A stretch of DNA of 64,000 bases from Thermoplasmatota archaeon (GCA_041601615.1 JBFIHX010000004.1:171754-235753); one strand, 5' to 3'; counted from the stretch's first letter, positions 27,906 through 37,290 are shown. Notes: generated by a model from the sequence alone, not told the origin. Translations and numbers: made by a program.

Positions 27906-28784
27906 ATGGTGCCCATGACGACGTGGATTTACTTCCTGGTCATTACCATGGTCCTGTTTTCGGGCTGCATCGGTGAGGACAAGGAAGGAGATGCCATCGA
28001 ACCTAGCCCGAATGGAGCCGGAGCCTGGACAACGGATGGCGACGGAACGAAAGGCAATGACACAATAGATTTGGAAGCAACCGGTTCCAATCTGCAGCCA
28101 AACGTTGCCCTCTCTGGCCTCCTGCAATTGGACGGCTGCACCTGGATGATCGCCTCGTCCCAATATGCGCCGGGAACGAATCCCGCACCGACGCCGCCCG
28201 GATGGGGTCCCGAGGACAAGCCGATGTCCATCAATGTGCTGGAGTTGTACGAGTGTTCCTTCATCTCGTTGGACGGGTTGGACCGTCCTGCCAGCCTACT
28301 CATGGAGACCACCGACTCTGGTGCGCGTCCAGAGGCGTGCGAAGACTCGGACCGCAACGTTGGGTACGTGGTCAACCTCTTCACAGACGACGAGGCACTT
28401 GCGAAGATTCTGTCCACTCGCTACCATGCACCTGCGAAGATTGCGACCTTTGATCGTGTCGAGGACGAATCTGGCATCACGTGGACGTGGGCCCAGGGCG
28501 GCGAGGAGTCCTCCCTGCATTATCCAATCCCCAACCTAGACAATCAGGAAGTTCCCCTTTCAGCAGCCAGTTATCTTTGGGAAACCCCCAATGGCACCAA
28601 CTCATTCGAGATTCGATACGACGTAGTGGGTAGTGGAGGAAGCATTGGGGCGGGAACCCTGGCTTCGCATCACTTCCTGGGCATGGAGGGGCATTTCGCA
28701 GGCATCACCGGCGCCGGTCCGGAACTGTCCCTGTTCGCAAAGATCCGGACCCGAGGTCCGTTATGCGAAGATATTGCATCCTAG
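27906..28784 (+). CDS. Putative lipoprotein
   Basis: LFSGC lipobox; LDGC...PPGW...LYEC pattern shared with 38758-39579. Confidence 0.78.
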   Translation: MVPMTTWIYFLVITMVLFSGCIGEDKEGDAIEPSPNGAGAWTTDGDGTKGNDTIDLEATGSNLQPNVALSGLLQLDGCTWMIASSQYAPGTNPAPTPPGWGPEDKPMSINVLELYECSFISLDGLDRPASLLMETTDSGARPEACEDSDRNVGYVVNLFTDDEALAKILSTRYHAPAKIATFDRVEDESGITWTWAQGGEESSLHYPIPNLDNQEVPLSAASYLWETPNGTNSFEIRYDVVGSGGSIGAGTLASHHFLGMEGHFAGITGAGPELSLFAKIRTRGPLCEDIAS

Positions 28785-30238
28785 TAGCCGCACTGACCGC
28801 GGGAGTGCTCCTTTCAGTGCACGCTGGGGCCGCTCCGGTCTCCTTCCACGTCCCTGCGCAACTCCAGGCAGAACACCTCGAAATCGAGGCGAATAGGGCG
28901 TTGCTGATTCTGCCACCCGGGGACTCCTGGCAAGCGCAAGTCGCCAACGCTACCGTGACGAGCGGGGAGCGGCACCAGTATGCAGAGGCGAAGTATGCGG
29001 GGCCTTACAACTTGGGGTTCTATTACAAGGACAAGGCACGAGACCATCCGGCGCCGGTGGGTTGGACCGACTTAGAGCTAGTGCCTCCGGGAGGCGCATG
29101 GTCGAGCATCATCATTGAAGCGGATTCCTTGCTCGTCGAGACCCGGCTGGCTGATGCGAGCGTGGAGACCACGAGGGGAAACCTCGCAGATCGGTGGACG
29201 CACGACGACGAGATGCACGAGTTGCATCCCCGTTCGTTGCGCAACCCCTCGTTGACTCCCCTCTTGCTCATGGAGGATGCGTCCGAATCAGTGTTCATTG
29301 TTGCGACGGGACTCAAGCGAATCGAGTGGCATGACGCAATCCCTTCCTGCCCATCGGGCCAGGATTGCCCGAAACCCAGTCCAAGTGGTCCAGTCGTGGA
29401 GTTCGTCGAGTATAGGTTCTCCAGCGGCGCTCTACGTTTGACCGCGAGGCCGCACATCCTGGCTTTGACAGGACCGATGGACTTGGCCGTCAACGGAACC
29501 GTCCGTTTGCCAAGCACGACAGGCAACATCCCTTGCACCGACTGCAATTTGACGGAGGACATCCTGACCATGCGCGGAGACATCCGCCTGACGCTCCAGG
29601 GGGCCCTGGACGAAAATCCCCCCCAGATTCAAGCAGATCTAGATGGATCATTCCTGGCCCGTGTCAACGAGGAAAACCCACGACCCGTAGGCACATCCTC
29701 GGCGACGTTTTCGGTCGTGGCGACTGGCGTGGGCTTGTTCTTTCTGGCACGCTTCATTGCTGCATTCGTTAGTCAAAGGATCCTCGCTGAACCTCTCGAA
29801 CATCCGACGCGGCGCAGCATCTACCACATGGTGGAGGCCCAGCCCGGCGCCACGCCCGTGGATTTGAGGACCGCGACGGGCGTTGGGGAGGGAAACCTCC
29901 GCCATCATTTGCATATCCTAGAACGGGCCGGCATCGTCAAGCATTGGCGCGATGGGCGGAAAATACACTATGCAGTGAGGGAGGCAAAAGCGGCACTCAT
30001 CATGCAACAGCGCGCATTGGACGACGACGGGCTTGCAGAGTTGTACAGATACCTAGACAATCCGCGAGGGCGTGTGCAACTAGGCGTGGTGCATTGGGCA
30101 GAGGAGTCGGTTGGTTGGGCCCGCTCCACGACACAAACCAAACTTCGGCAACTTTGTTCTCTTGGGCTTGTTGAGGTTCGCAAGGATGGTTTTCGGAAGG
30201 TGTACCGAGCCGTCCGTGTTGCGACTGTGGACACCTAG
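28763..30238 (+). CDS. Membrane-anchored regulator: signal peptide, ectodomain, TM, tandem wHTH
   Basis: TM (FSVVATGVGLFFLARFIAAF), then LEHPTRRSIY...GEGNLRHHL and a second wHTH (WARSTTQTKLRQL). Confidence 0.85.
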   Translation: MRRYCILVAALTAGVLLSVHAGAAPVSFHVPAQLQAEHLEIEANRALLILPPGDSWQAQVANATVTSGERHQYAEAKYAGPYNLGFYYKDKARDHPAPVGWTDLELVPPGGAWSSIIIEADSLLVETRLADASVETTRGNLADRWTHDDEMHELHPRSLRNPSLTPLLLMEDASESVFIVATGLKRIEWHDAIPSCPSGQDCPKPSPSGPVVEFVEYRFSSGALRLTARPHILALTGPMDLAVNGTVRLPSTTGNIPCTDCNLTEDILTMRGDIRLTLQGALDENPPQIQADLDGSFLARVNEENPRPVGTSSATFSVVATGVGLFFLARFIAAFVSQRILAEPLEHPTRRSIYHMVEAQPGATPVDLRTATGVGEGNLRHHLHILERAGIVKHWRDGRKIHYAVREAKAALIMQQRALDDDGLAELYRYLDNPRGRVQLGVVHWAEESVGWARSTTQTKLRQLCSLGLVEVRKDGFRKVYRAVRVATVDT

Positions 30239-30269
30239 CGTAGCGGTCCGGGCGCGCCAAGTGGTTCGG

Positions 30270-31334
30270 TTAGAACCCCGCCAGCACCGCAGCCACTGCG
30301 TCCGGCACGGGCCCTTTGACGGAGTAGCTGGCGCGGCGTAGGATGGGGTCGCCGTCTTCGACGCCCACGGCGGCGATGGTGGGGTTGCCTTGGATGGCTT
30401 CGATGAAGTCGAGGCTGCCTCGGACGCCCACGCAGACGAGGAGCCGGGGGGCGACGTGGTGGTCTTTGATGCCCACGAGGCATTCGGCGCCGTCTTTGCC
30501 GGCAAGGCCGCGGTCCAGGACACTGCGCGTGACGGCAAACCTGGCACCGAGTCGTGTTGCGAGTGCGCGCGCTGCTTCTACGTCTGAGGCAGAGGAGACG
30601 CGGGCGCCGCATACTACGACGCGTTCGGCTGTTTCCAGGGTTTCTTGGGGCGGGTCGGCTCGACTTTCGACTTGAATCGAGGCGATGGGGATGTGCCCTA
30701 CGGCTAGTTCGTGCACCTTGACGCTTGCGTAGGGGTCTTCCATGGGGGCTCGAAACAAGCCGCGTTGGACGCTGACAAATTGGGGGGCTTCTCGAAATTC
30801 TGTGGTGACCAGGAACCGTGCGTCGCTGCCAGGGTGCACGGCGATGAAGCGGCGTTCCATGGTGTCCACGCGCAGGTCCGTAGCACCTACTACGAATCCG
30901 ACGCCGAGGCGGTTGGCGGTGTAGGCGACGACGGCGTCTCCGGTGCGGCTCTGGAATGCCATGACGAGTTCTGGCCGGCGCTTTTTGACGACGGCTTCTA
31001 GGACCTTGGCGGTGTGGTCGATGGGTGCGTAGGAGGGGCCGGTGACGCGGTAGACGGTGTCAATCGGGTACTTTCGGAGCACTTCGGTGGCAGGTTCTAG
31101 GTCTTCGCCGATGAGTAGGACTTCGACGCGGCAGCCTAGTTCGTCGGCCATGTAGCGAGCGCGGCCTACGAGGGCGAGGGTTTCGGGGTAGACGCCGGTG
31201 GCGGTGGCGCGGCCGAGGACGAGGATGTTGCGCCAGTCGCCGCTTTTGACGTCTTCGAGGGCGCTGGTGTTGGAGGTTGTTTCTTCCTCCATGTTGTAGA
31301 TGTCGGCAAAGCCCCAGCCTGCGTCGTCGCTCAT
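30270..31334 (-). CDS. etfA: Electron transfer flavoprotein alpha subunit (divergent)
   Basis: ETF-alpha layout (LETAERVVVCG, AVTRSVLD, VAPRLLVCVGVRGS); downstream of etfB. Confidence 0.82.
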   Translation of the reverse strand: MSDDAGWGFADIYNMEEETTSNTSALEDVKSGDWRNILVLGRATATGVYPETLALVGRARYMADELGCRVEVLLIGEDLEPATEVLRKYPIDTVYRVTGPSYAPIDHTAKVLEAVVKKRRPELVMAFQSRTGDAVVAYTANRLGVGFVVGATDLRVDTMERRFIAVHPGSDARFLVTTEFREAPQFVSVQRGLFRAPMEDPYASVKVHELAVGHIPIASIQVESRADPPQETLETAERVVVCGARVSSASDVEAARALATRLGARFAVTRSVLDRGLAGKDGAECLVGIKDHHVAPRLLVCVGVRGSLDFIEAIQGNPTIAAVGVEDGDPILRRASYSVKGPVPDAVAAVLAGF

Positions 31335-32116
31335 GCGTTTGCCTCCTGTTCGGGAATCAAGGACCGGCTGCGCAGTCGTCGCACGAGGGTGCCGCCGTCT
31401 ACGTCTTCGACGCTTTGGGTGTCGGGTCGGGCGGCTTCGATGCGCACGCGGTTTGTGAGGGCGGCGCTGGCGGTGTATTGGTCGGCTTGTACGCGTAGGA
31501 CGCCGCGGGTGTTGTAGGCGTCGTGGATGCCCCAGCTCGTGGGGTAGGTTGGTGCAACTTCGCCGGCAAGCACCACGCATGGGCGGGGGATTTGGAGTTT
31601 GTATTGGCCAAAGATCGAGTGGTAGTCTACCATGAAGCCGTCGGAGCTTGGTGCGATGTCGGTGACGCCGACGACGCAGGGCAGGTCTAGGTGGCCGGCG
31701 ACGGCGGCGAGTGTTCCGGAGAAGCCTGAGAATTCGCTGCGGGCGGGGCCGATGACGGCGTCGAAGGGTCCGTGTTGTCGGTATACGTCGGCGATGGTTG
31801 CGGCGCGCACGCTGGCGTCGCTGCTTTCTTGGGGTGCGCCTTGGATGAGGATGCCTTGGTCGAGGCCGTAGGACAGGGCTTCGCGTAGGATGTCTTCGCC
31901 GCCGCCTTTGTCCACGTGGACGGCCACTAGTTCCGCGCCGCGGGGGTGCAGGCGTTTGGCGAGGCTGATGGCGCGGACACTTGCGTCGGAGAGGATGCGT
32001 TCGAGGCCTTCGGTGTCGAGGGTGCCGGTGCTGCGTTGGACGCGCAGTTTGCCGTGGAAGGCGCCGGTGATGGGTACGAGGATGCGTTGGGGGCGGGAGC
32101 CGGTTTGGGCGCTCAT
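31331..32116 (-). CDS. etfB: Electron transfer flavoprotein beta subunit (divergent)
   Basis: ILREALSYGLDQGILI, AGHLDLPCV, PRPCVVL; ATG at 32116. Confidence 0.85.
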   Translation of the reverse strand: MSAQTGSRPQRILVPITGAFHGKLRVQRSTGTLDTEGLERILSDASVRAISLAKRLHPRGAELVAVHVDKGGGEDILREALSYGLDQGILIQGAPQESSDASVRAATIADVYRQHGPFDAVIGPARSEFSGFSGTLAAVAGHLDLPCVVGVTDIAPSSDGFMVDYHSIFGQYKLQIPRPCVVLAGEVAPTYPTSWGIHDAYNTRGVLRVQADQYTASAALTNRVRIEAARPDTQSVEDVDGGTLVRRLRSRSLIPEQEANA

Positions 32117-32234
32117 AGTTCCACTCCGATGCCACCGATGAGGGCATGCGAGCATGCCCTCAGTGTCCGCTTCCTTCGGTCGCTCGCCACCAAAGTGGCC
32201 CTATTCGCTGCGCTCATAGTTCCACTCCGATGCC
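32109..32234 (-). repeat. Junction-duplicating hairpin insert containing a 34-aa mini-ORF (32113-32217)
   Basis: Perfect 25-bp direct repeat gcgctcatagttccactccgatgcc at 32109-32133 and 32210-32234; internal hairpin tgagggcatgc-ga-gcatgccctca. Confidence 0.88.
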
Positions 32235-33434
32235 GCTCATCAGTTCCCTGGCAATGATGAGTCGTTGAATCTCGTTGGTGCCTTCGTAGATCTCGGAAAT
32301 CACTTGGTCGCGGAAGGCGCGTTCGACACCGTAGCGCCAGCGCAAGCCGTCGCCTCCGAAGATGCGAATGGCGCTTTCGCCGGCGCGTCCGCTCATTTCG
32401 GAGCAGTGGATTTTGACCACGGCGGCGGCCCGGCTGACTTGTTCGCGTAGGCTGCGGCTGACGGGTTCTCCGGCGGCGATGCGTTCGTAGTAGCGGTCGG
32501 TGAGGGCGGCGGCGTGGTAGACGGCGTATTCTGCGAGGTGGATGTCGCTGGCCATGTCGGCAAGCATCCATTGAACACTTTGATTGTCGCCGATGCGTTT
32601 GCCTTCGCGTTGCCGGGCTTGGGCTCGGTGGACGCAGTCGGCTAGGAGGCGTTTGGTGGCTCCGAGGGTGGCGGCTCCGAGGCCGACGCGGCCGCCGTCG
32701 AGGGCGGTGAGTGCGACGATGAAGCCTTCGCCGACGTTGCCAAGGACGTCTTCTTTGGGAACGTAGCAATTGTCGAACACCAGTTCGGCGGTGTTGCTTT
32801 GGCGGATGCCGAGTTTGTCTTCGATGGTGCCGACCTTGTAGCCGGGGTTGTCTTTGCTTACGATGAAGGCGGTGACCCCGCCGTGGGCGCCGAGGGTGGA
32901 GTCTGTGACGGCGAATACGACGATGGTGTCGGCAAAATTGCCGTTGCTGCACCAGATTTTGGTGCCGTTGATGCGGTAGCCGTCGCCGTCGCGGTCGGCG
33001 GTGGTTTTGATGCTGGCGGCGTCGCTGCCGGCGGTGGGTTCGGTCAAAGCGAAGGCGGCAAGGTGTTCGCCTTTGCAGATGGGGCGCACGTAGCGTTCTC
33101 GTTGGTCTTCGTTGCCAAACAAGTAGAGCGGGGCAAGACCAATGCCGGTGTGGGCTCCGAAGATGGTGGCAAGGCTGCTGTCGACTGCTGCGATTTCTTC
33201 GAAGACGAGGCAGTAGCCCACTTCGCCCATGCCGGCTCCGGCGAGGCTGCGGGGCACGGGGATGCCAAAATAGCCTTGGTTCTGCATTTTCTTGACGAGG
33301 TCGAGCGGCGAGTCGCCGCCGTGGCCGCTCCAGTCGTCGGCGGGTAGGAGCGGTTCGATTTCGTTGCGCATGAAGGCGCGGGTGCTGCGGCGCAGGAGGC
33401 GCTGTTCGGGTGTCAGGGAGAACTCGAAGGGCAT
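32214..33434 (-). CDS. Acyl-CoA dehydrogenase
   Basis: FALTEPTAGSD, INGTKIWCSNG, KLGIRQSNTAELVFD, IYEGTNEIQR. Confidence 0.95.
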   Translation of the reverse strand: MPFEFSLTPEQRLLRRSTRAFMRNEIEPLLPADDWSGHGGDSPLDLVKKMQNQGYFGIPVPRSLAGAGMGEVGYCLVFEEIAAVDSSLATIFGAHTGIGLAPLYLFGNEDQRERYVRPICKGEHLAAFALTEPTAGSDAASIKTTADRDGDGYRINGTKIWCSNGNFADTIVVFAVTDSTLGAHGGVTAFIVSKDNPGYKVGTIEDKLGIRQSNTAELVFDNCYVPKEDVLGNVGEGFIVALTALDGGRVGLGAATLGATKRLLADCVHRAQARQREGKRIGDNQSVQWMLADMASDIHLAEYAVYHAAALTDRYYERIAAGEPVSRSLREQVSRAAAVVKIHCSEMSGRAGESAIRIFGGDGLRWRYGVERAFRDQVISEIYEGTNEIQRLIIARELMSGIGVEL

Positions 33435-33511
33435 GCGGGGACTCGATGGGGGAGGCGGTCGGGGGCGAGGGGTGGTGGAGGGGTAGAGGAAGGGGCACGT
33501 TGGGGGACTGA

Positions 33512-33541
33512 GGCTGCGGTCCGACAAGCCGGACCGCAGCC
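33512..33541 (-). other. Intergenic 12-bp perfect hairpin followed (minus strand) by a C/T-rich tract
   Basis: ggctgcggtccg-acaagc-cggaccgcagcc between the hydratase and acyl-CoA dehydrogenase genes. Confidence 0.5.
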
Positions 33542-33572
33542 GCGCCGGGAATTCCCTGCGGGAATCCCCGCC

Positions 33573-34355
33573 TTATTTGCCCTGGAATTCAGGCGCCCGT
33601 TTCTCGATGAAGGCGGTGATGCCTTCGACGAGGTCTTCGGTGCCTGCCAGTTCGCCTGCGGCTTCCAGTTCGTTGGCAAGGGCGGCGGCGCGGTCCGGTG
33701 CGCGCAGGTTGGCGTTGATGATGCGCTTGGCGGCTTGCACGGCGAGCGGCGCGGACTTGCGGTCGATCATGCGGCCGATGTCGATGGCGGCGCGCACTTC
33801 TTCTCCGTCGGGGACGATTTTGTTGACGAGGCCGATGCGCTGGGCTTCTTGCGCGTTGATCATTTGGCCGGTGTAGATGAGTTCCTTGGCCTTGGCGGCG
33901 CCGACGATTTGCGGCAGCCGAGTCGAACCTCCCCAGGCTGGCACGAGGCCGATCCATACTTCGGGTTGGCCGTAGCGGGCGCGGTCGCTGCTGATGCGGA
34001 TGTCGGCGGCCATGGCCAGTTCGCAGCCACCTCCGAGGGCGAGGTTGTTGACGGCGGCGATGACGGGTTTGGCGCAGTCTTCGACGGCGTTGAACGCTTC
34101 GTGGCCGAGGCTGACGATTTCTTTGGCTTGGTCGGGCGACAGTCCGGCAAATTCTTTCAGGTCGGCGCCGGCGCAGAAGGCGTGGTTGCCGGCTCCGGTC
34201 AGTACGACGGCGTTTACGTCGGCGTTGCCTCCGAGGGCTTCGAATTCTGCCTTGAGTTCTTTGAGGACGGCGGGGGACAGGGCGTTTACGGGCGGGTGGT
34301 CGAGGGTGACCACGGCGATGCGGTTTTCGATTTTGGTCTTGATGTATTCAGCCAT
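33573..34355 (-). CDS. Enoyl-CoA hydratase
   Basis: PPVNAL, AFCAGADLKE, ALGGGCELAMAAD, GQPEV. Confidence 0.95.
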   Translation of the reverse strand: MAEYIKTKIENRIAVVTLDHPPVNALSPAVLKELKAEFEALGGNADVNAVVLTGAGNHAFCAGADLKEFAGLSPDQAKEIVSLGHEAFNAVEDCAKPVIAAVNNLALGGGCELAMAADIRISSDRARYGQPEVWIGLVPAWGGSTRLPQIVGAAKAKELIYTGQMINAQEAQRIGLVNKIVPDGEEVRAAIDIGRMIDRKSAPLAVQAAKRIINANLRAPDRAAALANELEAAGELAGTEDLVEGITAFIEKRAPEFQGK

Positions 34356-34381
34356 GTGGGTAGTCTCCGGGGTCGTGGACG

Positions 34382-35371
34382 CTAGTCCTGGTTTCGGTAT
34401 TCGTAGAAGCCGCGGCCGGTTTTTTGGCCGAGGCGGCCGGCGGCGACGAGTTGTTTGACGATTTGTACGGGGCGTTGGGGCATAGGCCCGCCCTGTTGTT
34501 CTTGGATGCTTTGGCCTGCGTGTAGTACGACGTCGAGGCCGATGAGGTCGGCCAGGGCGAGGGGGCCCATGGGCATGCCTGCGCCGGCTTGCATGGCGAG
34601 GTCGATGTCTTTGGGCTTGGCGATGCCTTCCTCGTAGCAGGCGAATGCTTCTTGCAGCATGGGTGCGAGGATGCGGTTGACGAGGAATCCGGGGCATTCC
34701 TTGACTTGGATGGGCATCAGGGGGAAGCGGTGGTTTCGCATGGGGGCGAGCACGTTGATGACGTCCTCGGACACGTCGTAGCGCGTTTCCATGCCGGGGA
34801 TGATCTCGATGAGCGGGAGCGTTGTTGGCGGGTTGAAGTAGTGCACGCCCAGGAAGCGACCGCGTCGTTCCGCGGGGATTTCGGCGGCGATTTGCGTGAT
34901 GCCTATGGTGCTGGTGTTGCTGGCGATGACGCAGTGGTCGCTGACGTGTTCGCAGAGCTCGCGCAGGACCTTGCCTTTGAGGGCGAGGTTTTCGGGGACG
35001 GCCTCAATGACCAAGTCCAGTTTGTCGAATCCGTCGTAGCTGGTTTGCCAGGTGATTTTGTCGAGGATGCGTTGTTTGCGCGTTTCGTCGTAGGTTGGTT
35101 TGAGGTTCTCGGCTGCCTTCGCCTTCTGTTCGTCGCTCAGTTCGACGCCGCTTTTGCGTTCGAAGTCGGAGATGGCTTTGTCGGCTTTGCCTGCGTGGAA
35201 TGCCACGAGTTCGTCGAGGTCGCCTTCGACCACGGCGCGGCCACGGGCGAGTGCGGCGTCGTCCACGTCACGAACGATGACCTTGACGTTGTTCATCGCG
35301 AACACTTCGGCGATGCGAGCGCCCATGACGCCGGCTCCTAGAATTGCCACTGAGTCTACAAACAGTACCAT
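34382..35371 (-). CDS. 3-hydroxyacyl-CoA dehydrogenase
   Basis: GAGVMG, IEAVPE, ASNTS, HYFNP, PGFLVNRIL, GQKTGRGFY. Confidence 0.95.
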   Translation of the reverse strand: MVLFVDSVAILGAGVMGARIAEVFAMNNVKVIVRDVDDAALARGRAVVEGDLDELVAFHAGKADKAISDFERKSGVELSDEQKAKAAENLKPTYDETRKQRILDKITWQTSYDGFDKLDLVIEAVPENLALKGKVLRELCEHVSDHCVIASNTSTIGITQIAAEIPAERRGRFLGVHYFNPPTTLPLIEIIPGMETRYDVSEDVINVLAPMRNHRFPLMPIQVKECPGFLVNRILAPMLQEAFACYEEGIAKPKDIDLAMQAGAGMPMGPLALADLIGLDVVLHAGQSIQEQQGGPMPQRPVQIVKQLVAAGRLGQKTGRGFYEYRNQD

Positions 35372-35471
35372 GTGCTCCCTCCGTTCGGCGCGAGGCCGGA
35401 CCGGGACGCGACGATGGGCCAAGATAGGGTTGAACGTTTCGACCCGTGCGGGCGCCCGAATTGGATTTTAT

Positions 35472-35483
35472 TGAACATGTTCG
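35472..35483. promoter_or_regulatory. GAACATGTTC operator
   Basis: TGAACATGTTCG next to an AT-rich TTTTAT stretch, about 100 nt upstream of the beta-oxidation operon. Confidence 0.65.
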
Positions 35484-35572
35484 AGTCAAGGACGGACATG
35501 GTCGGCTTGGGGCCGAATGGGGCGCGTGTGCTTTTCCGAACATCCTTGGACCGCGCCGTCCCATCGTTCTTC

Positions 35573-35737
35573 ATGCCCCGCTCCCAGCCTGAGGCGCCGA
35601 TGGAGGCCTATGCGCACGGCAATGGCCACAAGGATGTACGGATGAATCATTTTGGCATGTTCCAGGAGCGCCGCGTCTCTCGCATGGAGCATGTGGTGAA
35701 CTGGTATCGCCGCGGTGCCAAACCCAAGTCGAAGTAG
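35573..35737 (+). CDS. Small basic hypothetical protein (54 aa)
   Basis: ATG at 35573 (or 35600); divergent from the beta-oxidation operon; MPRSQPEAPMEAYAHG...WYRRGAKPKSK. Confidence 0.45.
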   Translation: MPRSQPEAPMEAYAHGNGHKDVRMNHFGMFQERRVSRMEHVVNWYRRGAKPKSK

Positions 35738-35904
35738 TCCTCGAACGGGGAGGCGACGGGCGCGCCAGGATTGGATGCATTGCAGAACAAGCCAAGAGGC
35801 TCGCCTTAGTTTCCAAGTCGGCGACAACAGGAGTGGAGAGCGAAAAAGGAGGGTGCGACGACCTAGAATCCGCATCAACGGTTATGGCGCTAAGGCACCA
35901 CAGC

Positions 35905-36009
35905 CACTCGCACGTTCTTCACTTCGTTCAGAACCCGCTTCGCAGTGGGCGGCACTTACGTACCGCCGACGCTCGCGAATTCTTCGCTGCGCTCAGAACC
36001 CGCTTCGCA
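35905..36009. repeat. Tandem hairpin repeat duplicating the sepF 3' end
   Basis: Two 40-nt units 65 bp apart, 33/40 identical, sharing an exact tcagaacccgcttcgca at 35928 and 35993. Confidence 0.75.
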
Positions 36010-36376
36010 TTTTACGGCGGTCGATCTTGACGCCGGTGGGAGCGACGATCATCATCGTCTTGCCGAGGCCTGCGATGTCGCCGTTGATGTCGCTGACGAG
36101 CTTCTTGAGGTCGCTGGTGACGCGGCGCAGAACGATTTCATCCTGGGCGATGGGGCTGAAGTCCAGGAGTAAGAGGTTGCCTTGGTAGACGTAGTTGGCC
36201 ATTTCGCGCAGGTCGTCGTACTTGGACAACTCGGCGACACGGACCATCATGCTGGCGGTTTGATCAAACAGTTCGGAGCCAGCGGTGTACTCCTCCAGGT
36301 CGATGTAGTCGGTGCTTGGTGACGGCTTGGTGGCCGACGCTGTCGCCGGCTTGGCGAAAAGGCTCTTCAGACCCAT
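35993..36376 (-). CDS. sepF: Cell division protein SepF
   Basis: N-terminal amphipathic MGLKSLF, YIDL, GNLLLLD, GDIAGL...APTGVKIDR. Confidence 0.92.
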   Translation of the reverse strand: MGLKSLFAKPATASATKPSPSTDYIDLEEYTAGSELFDQTASMMVRVAELSKYDDLREMANYVYQGNLLLLDFSPIAQDEIVLRRVTSDLKKLVSDINGDIAGLGKTMMIVAPTGVKIDRRKMRSGF

Positions 36377-36471
36377 AGGTGCATCCCGTGACTAGAGACG
36401 GGGCGGCTTCGGATAAGCATATCCGTAGAGTGCCGAGCGGAGCTCATTGGTTGGGTGGCGCTTCAATGCAT

Positions 36472-36741
36472 TTAGACGAAGGCGCAAACGGATTCGTCGC
36501 CATCATGGGCAAAAACGCATGCCTTGGGCCGGGGTGCCACTTGGACGCAGCCGAATCCGTCGTAGGATCCGCGATTCTCTACAGTGACGGCACAGAATCC
36601 CGAGGCGTTGGTGCGGCCTACGCAGGAGTCGTAGCCGGTGTCCCATTCCAAGCAAGTGCCGTTCCATGCAGTGGCAGTGGGCGCGGTCATTGCGAGGGTG
36701 GTTAGAATCAGCATTCCGGTGATGAGAACAGTACGCATCAT
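36472..36741 (-). CDS. Small secreted six-Cys protein
   Basis: Signal peptide ending ATA; 64-aa mature part with 6 regularly spaced Cys. Confidence 0.7.
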   Translation of the reverse strand: MMRTVLITGMLILTTLAMTAPTATAWNGTCLEWDTGYDSCVGRTNASGFCAVTVENRGSYDGFGCVQVAPRPKACVFAHDGDESVCAFV

Positions 36742-36792
36742 GTAGCCATCCGCATGCAGACCATGAGTCTTGCCCAGGTGCTGCAATTGTCC

Positions 36793-37290
36793 CTAGGCGT
36801 CGAGGTCCCAGAGTTTGTCGCCTAGGTAGTGCACAGACGCGACCGCCTTTCCCTTCGAACTTGGCCCCATTTCGGCGCCGGGCATGGTGCACTTGCCCAC
36901 GGCGAGCGGTTGTTTGTTGCGCTCGTCGCGAATCCAGCACCAGTCGCCCGGTTGCAGTTCTGGGTCTGCCTCGGTGATGCCTGGCGCCATGATGTCCGCG
37001 CCGTTGTGCACGAACCGCACAGCACCCATGTCCACGGTCACCCAGCGCGTCGTAGGGCGGTAGGCAAGCAAGCCGCGCACGGAGAGAAACAGCCCCGACT
37101 CGGCATCGCGCAAGCCGTGCACTGCGCCTTCGACCAGAAACACCTCGAAATCGGGGGCGTCCGCCGTTTCTACGGGCGCGCCGTCCTCCCAGAGGGCCAT
37201 GGGTCCAAACACCGCCGCCAATTCCTCACGAAGCGAACGGACCTGCTTGTTTTTCAGGCGCGTGCGGCGACGCAGACGGTACTCGGTCAC
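36793..37290 (-). CDS. PUA-domain RNA-binding protein (DUF1947/MCT-1-like)
   Basis: [33 protein letters not shown]. Confidence 0.92.
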   Translation of the reverse strand: MTEYRLRRRTRLKNKQVRSLREELAAVFGPMALWEDGAPVETADAPDFEVFLVEGAVHGLRDAESGLFLSVRGLLAYRPTTRWVTVDMGAVRFVHNGADIMAPGITEADPELQPGDWCWIRDERNKQPLAVGKCTMPGAEMGPSSKGKAVASVHYLGDKLWDLDA

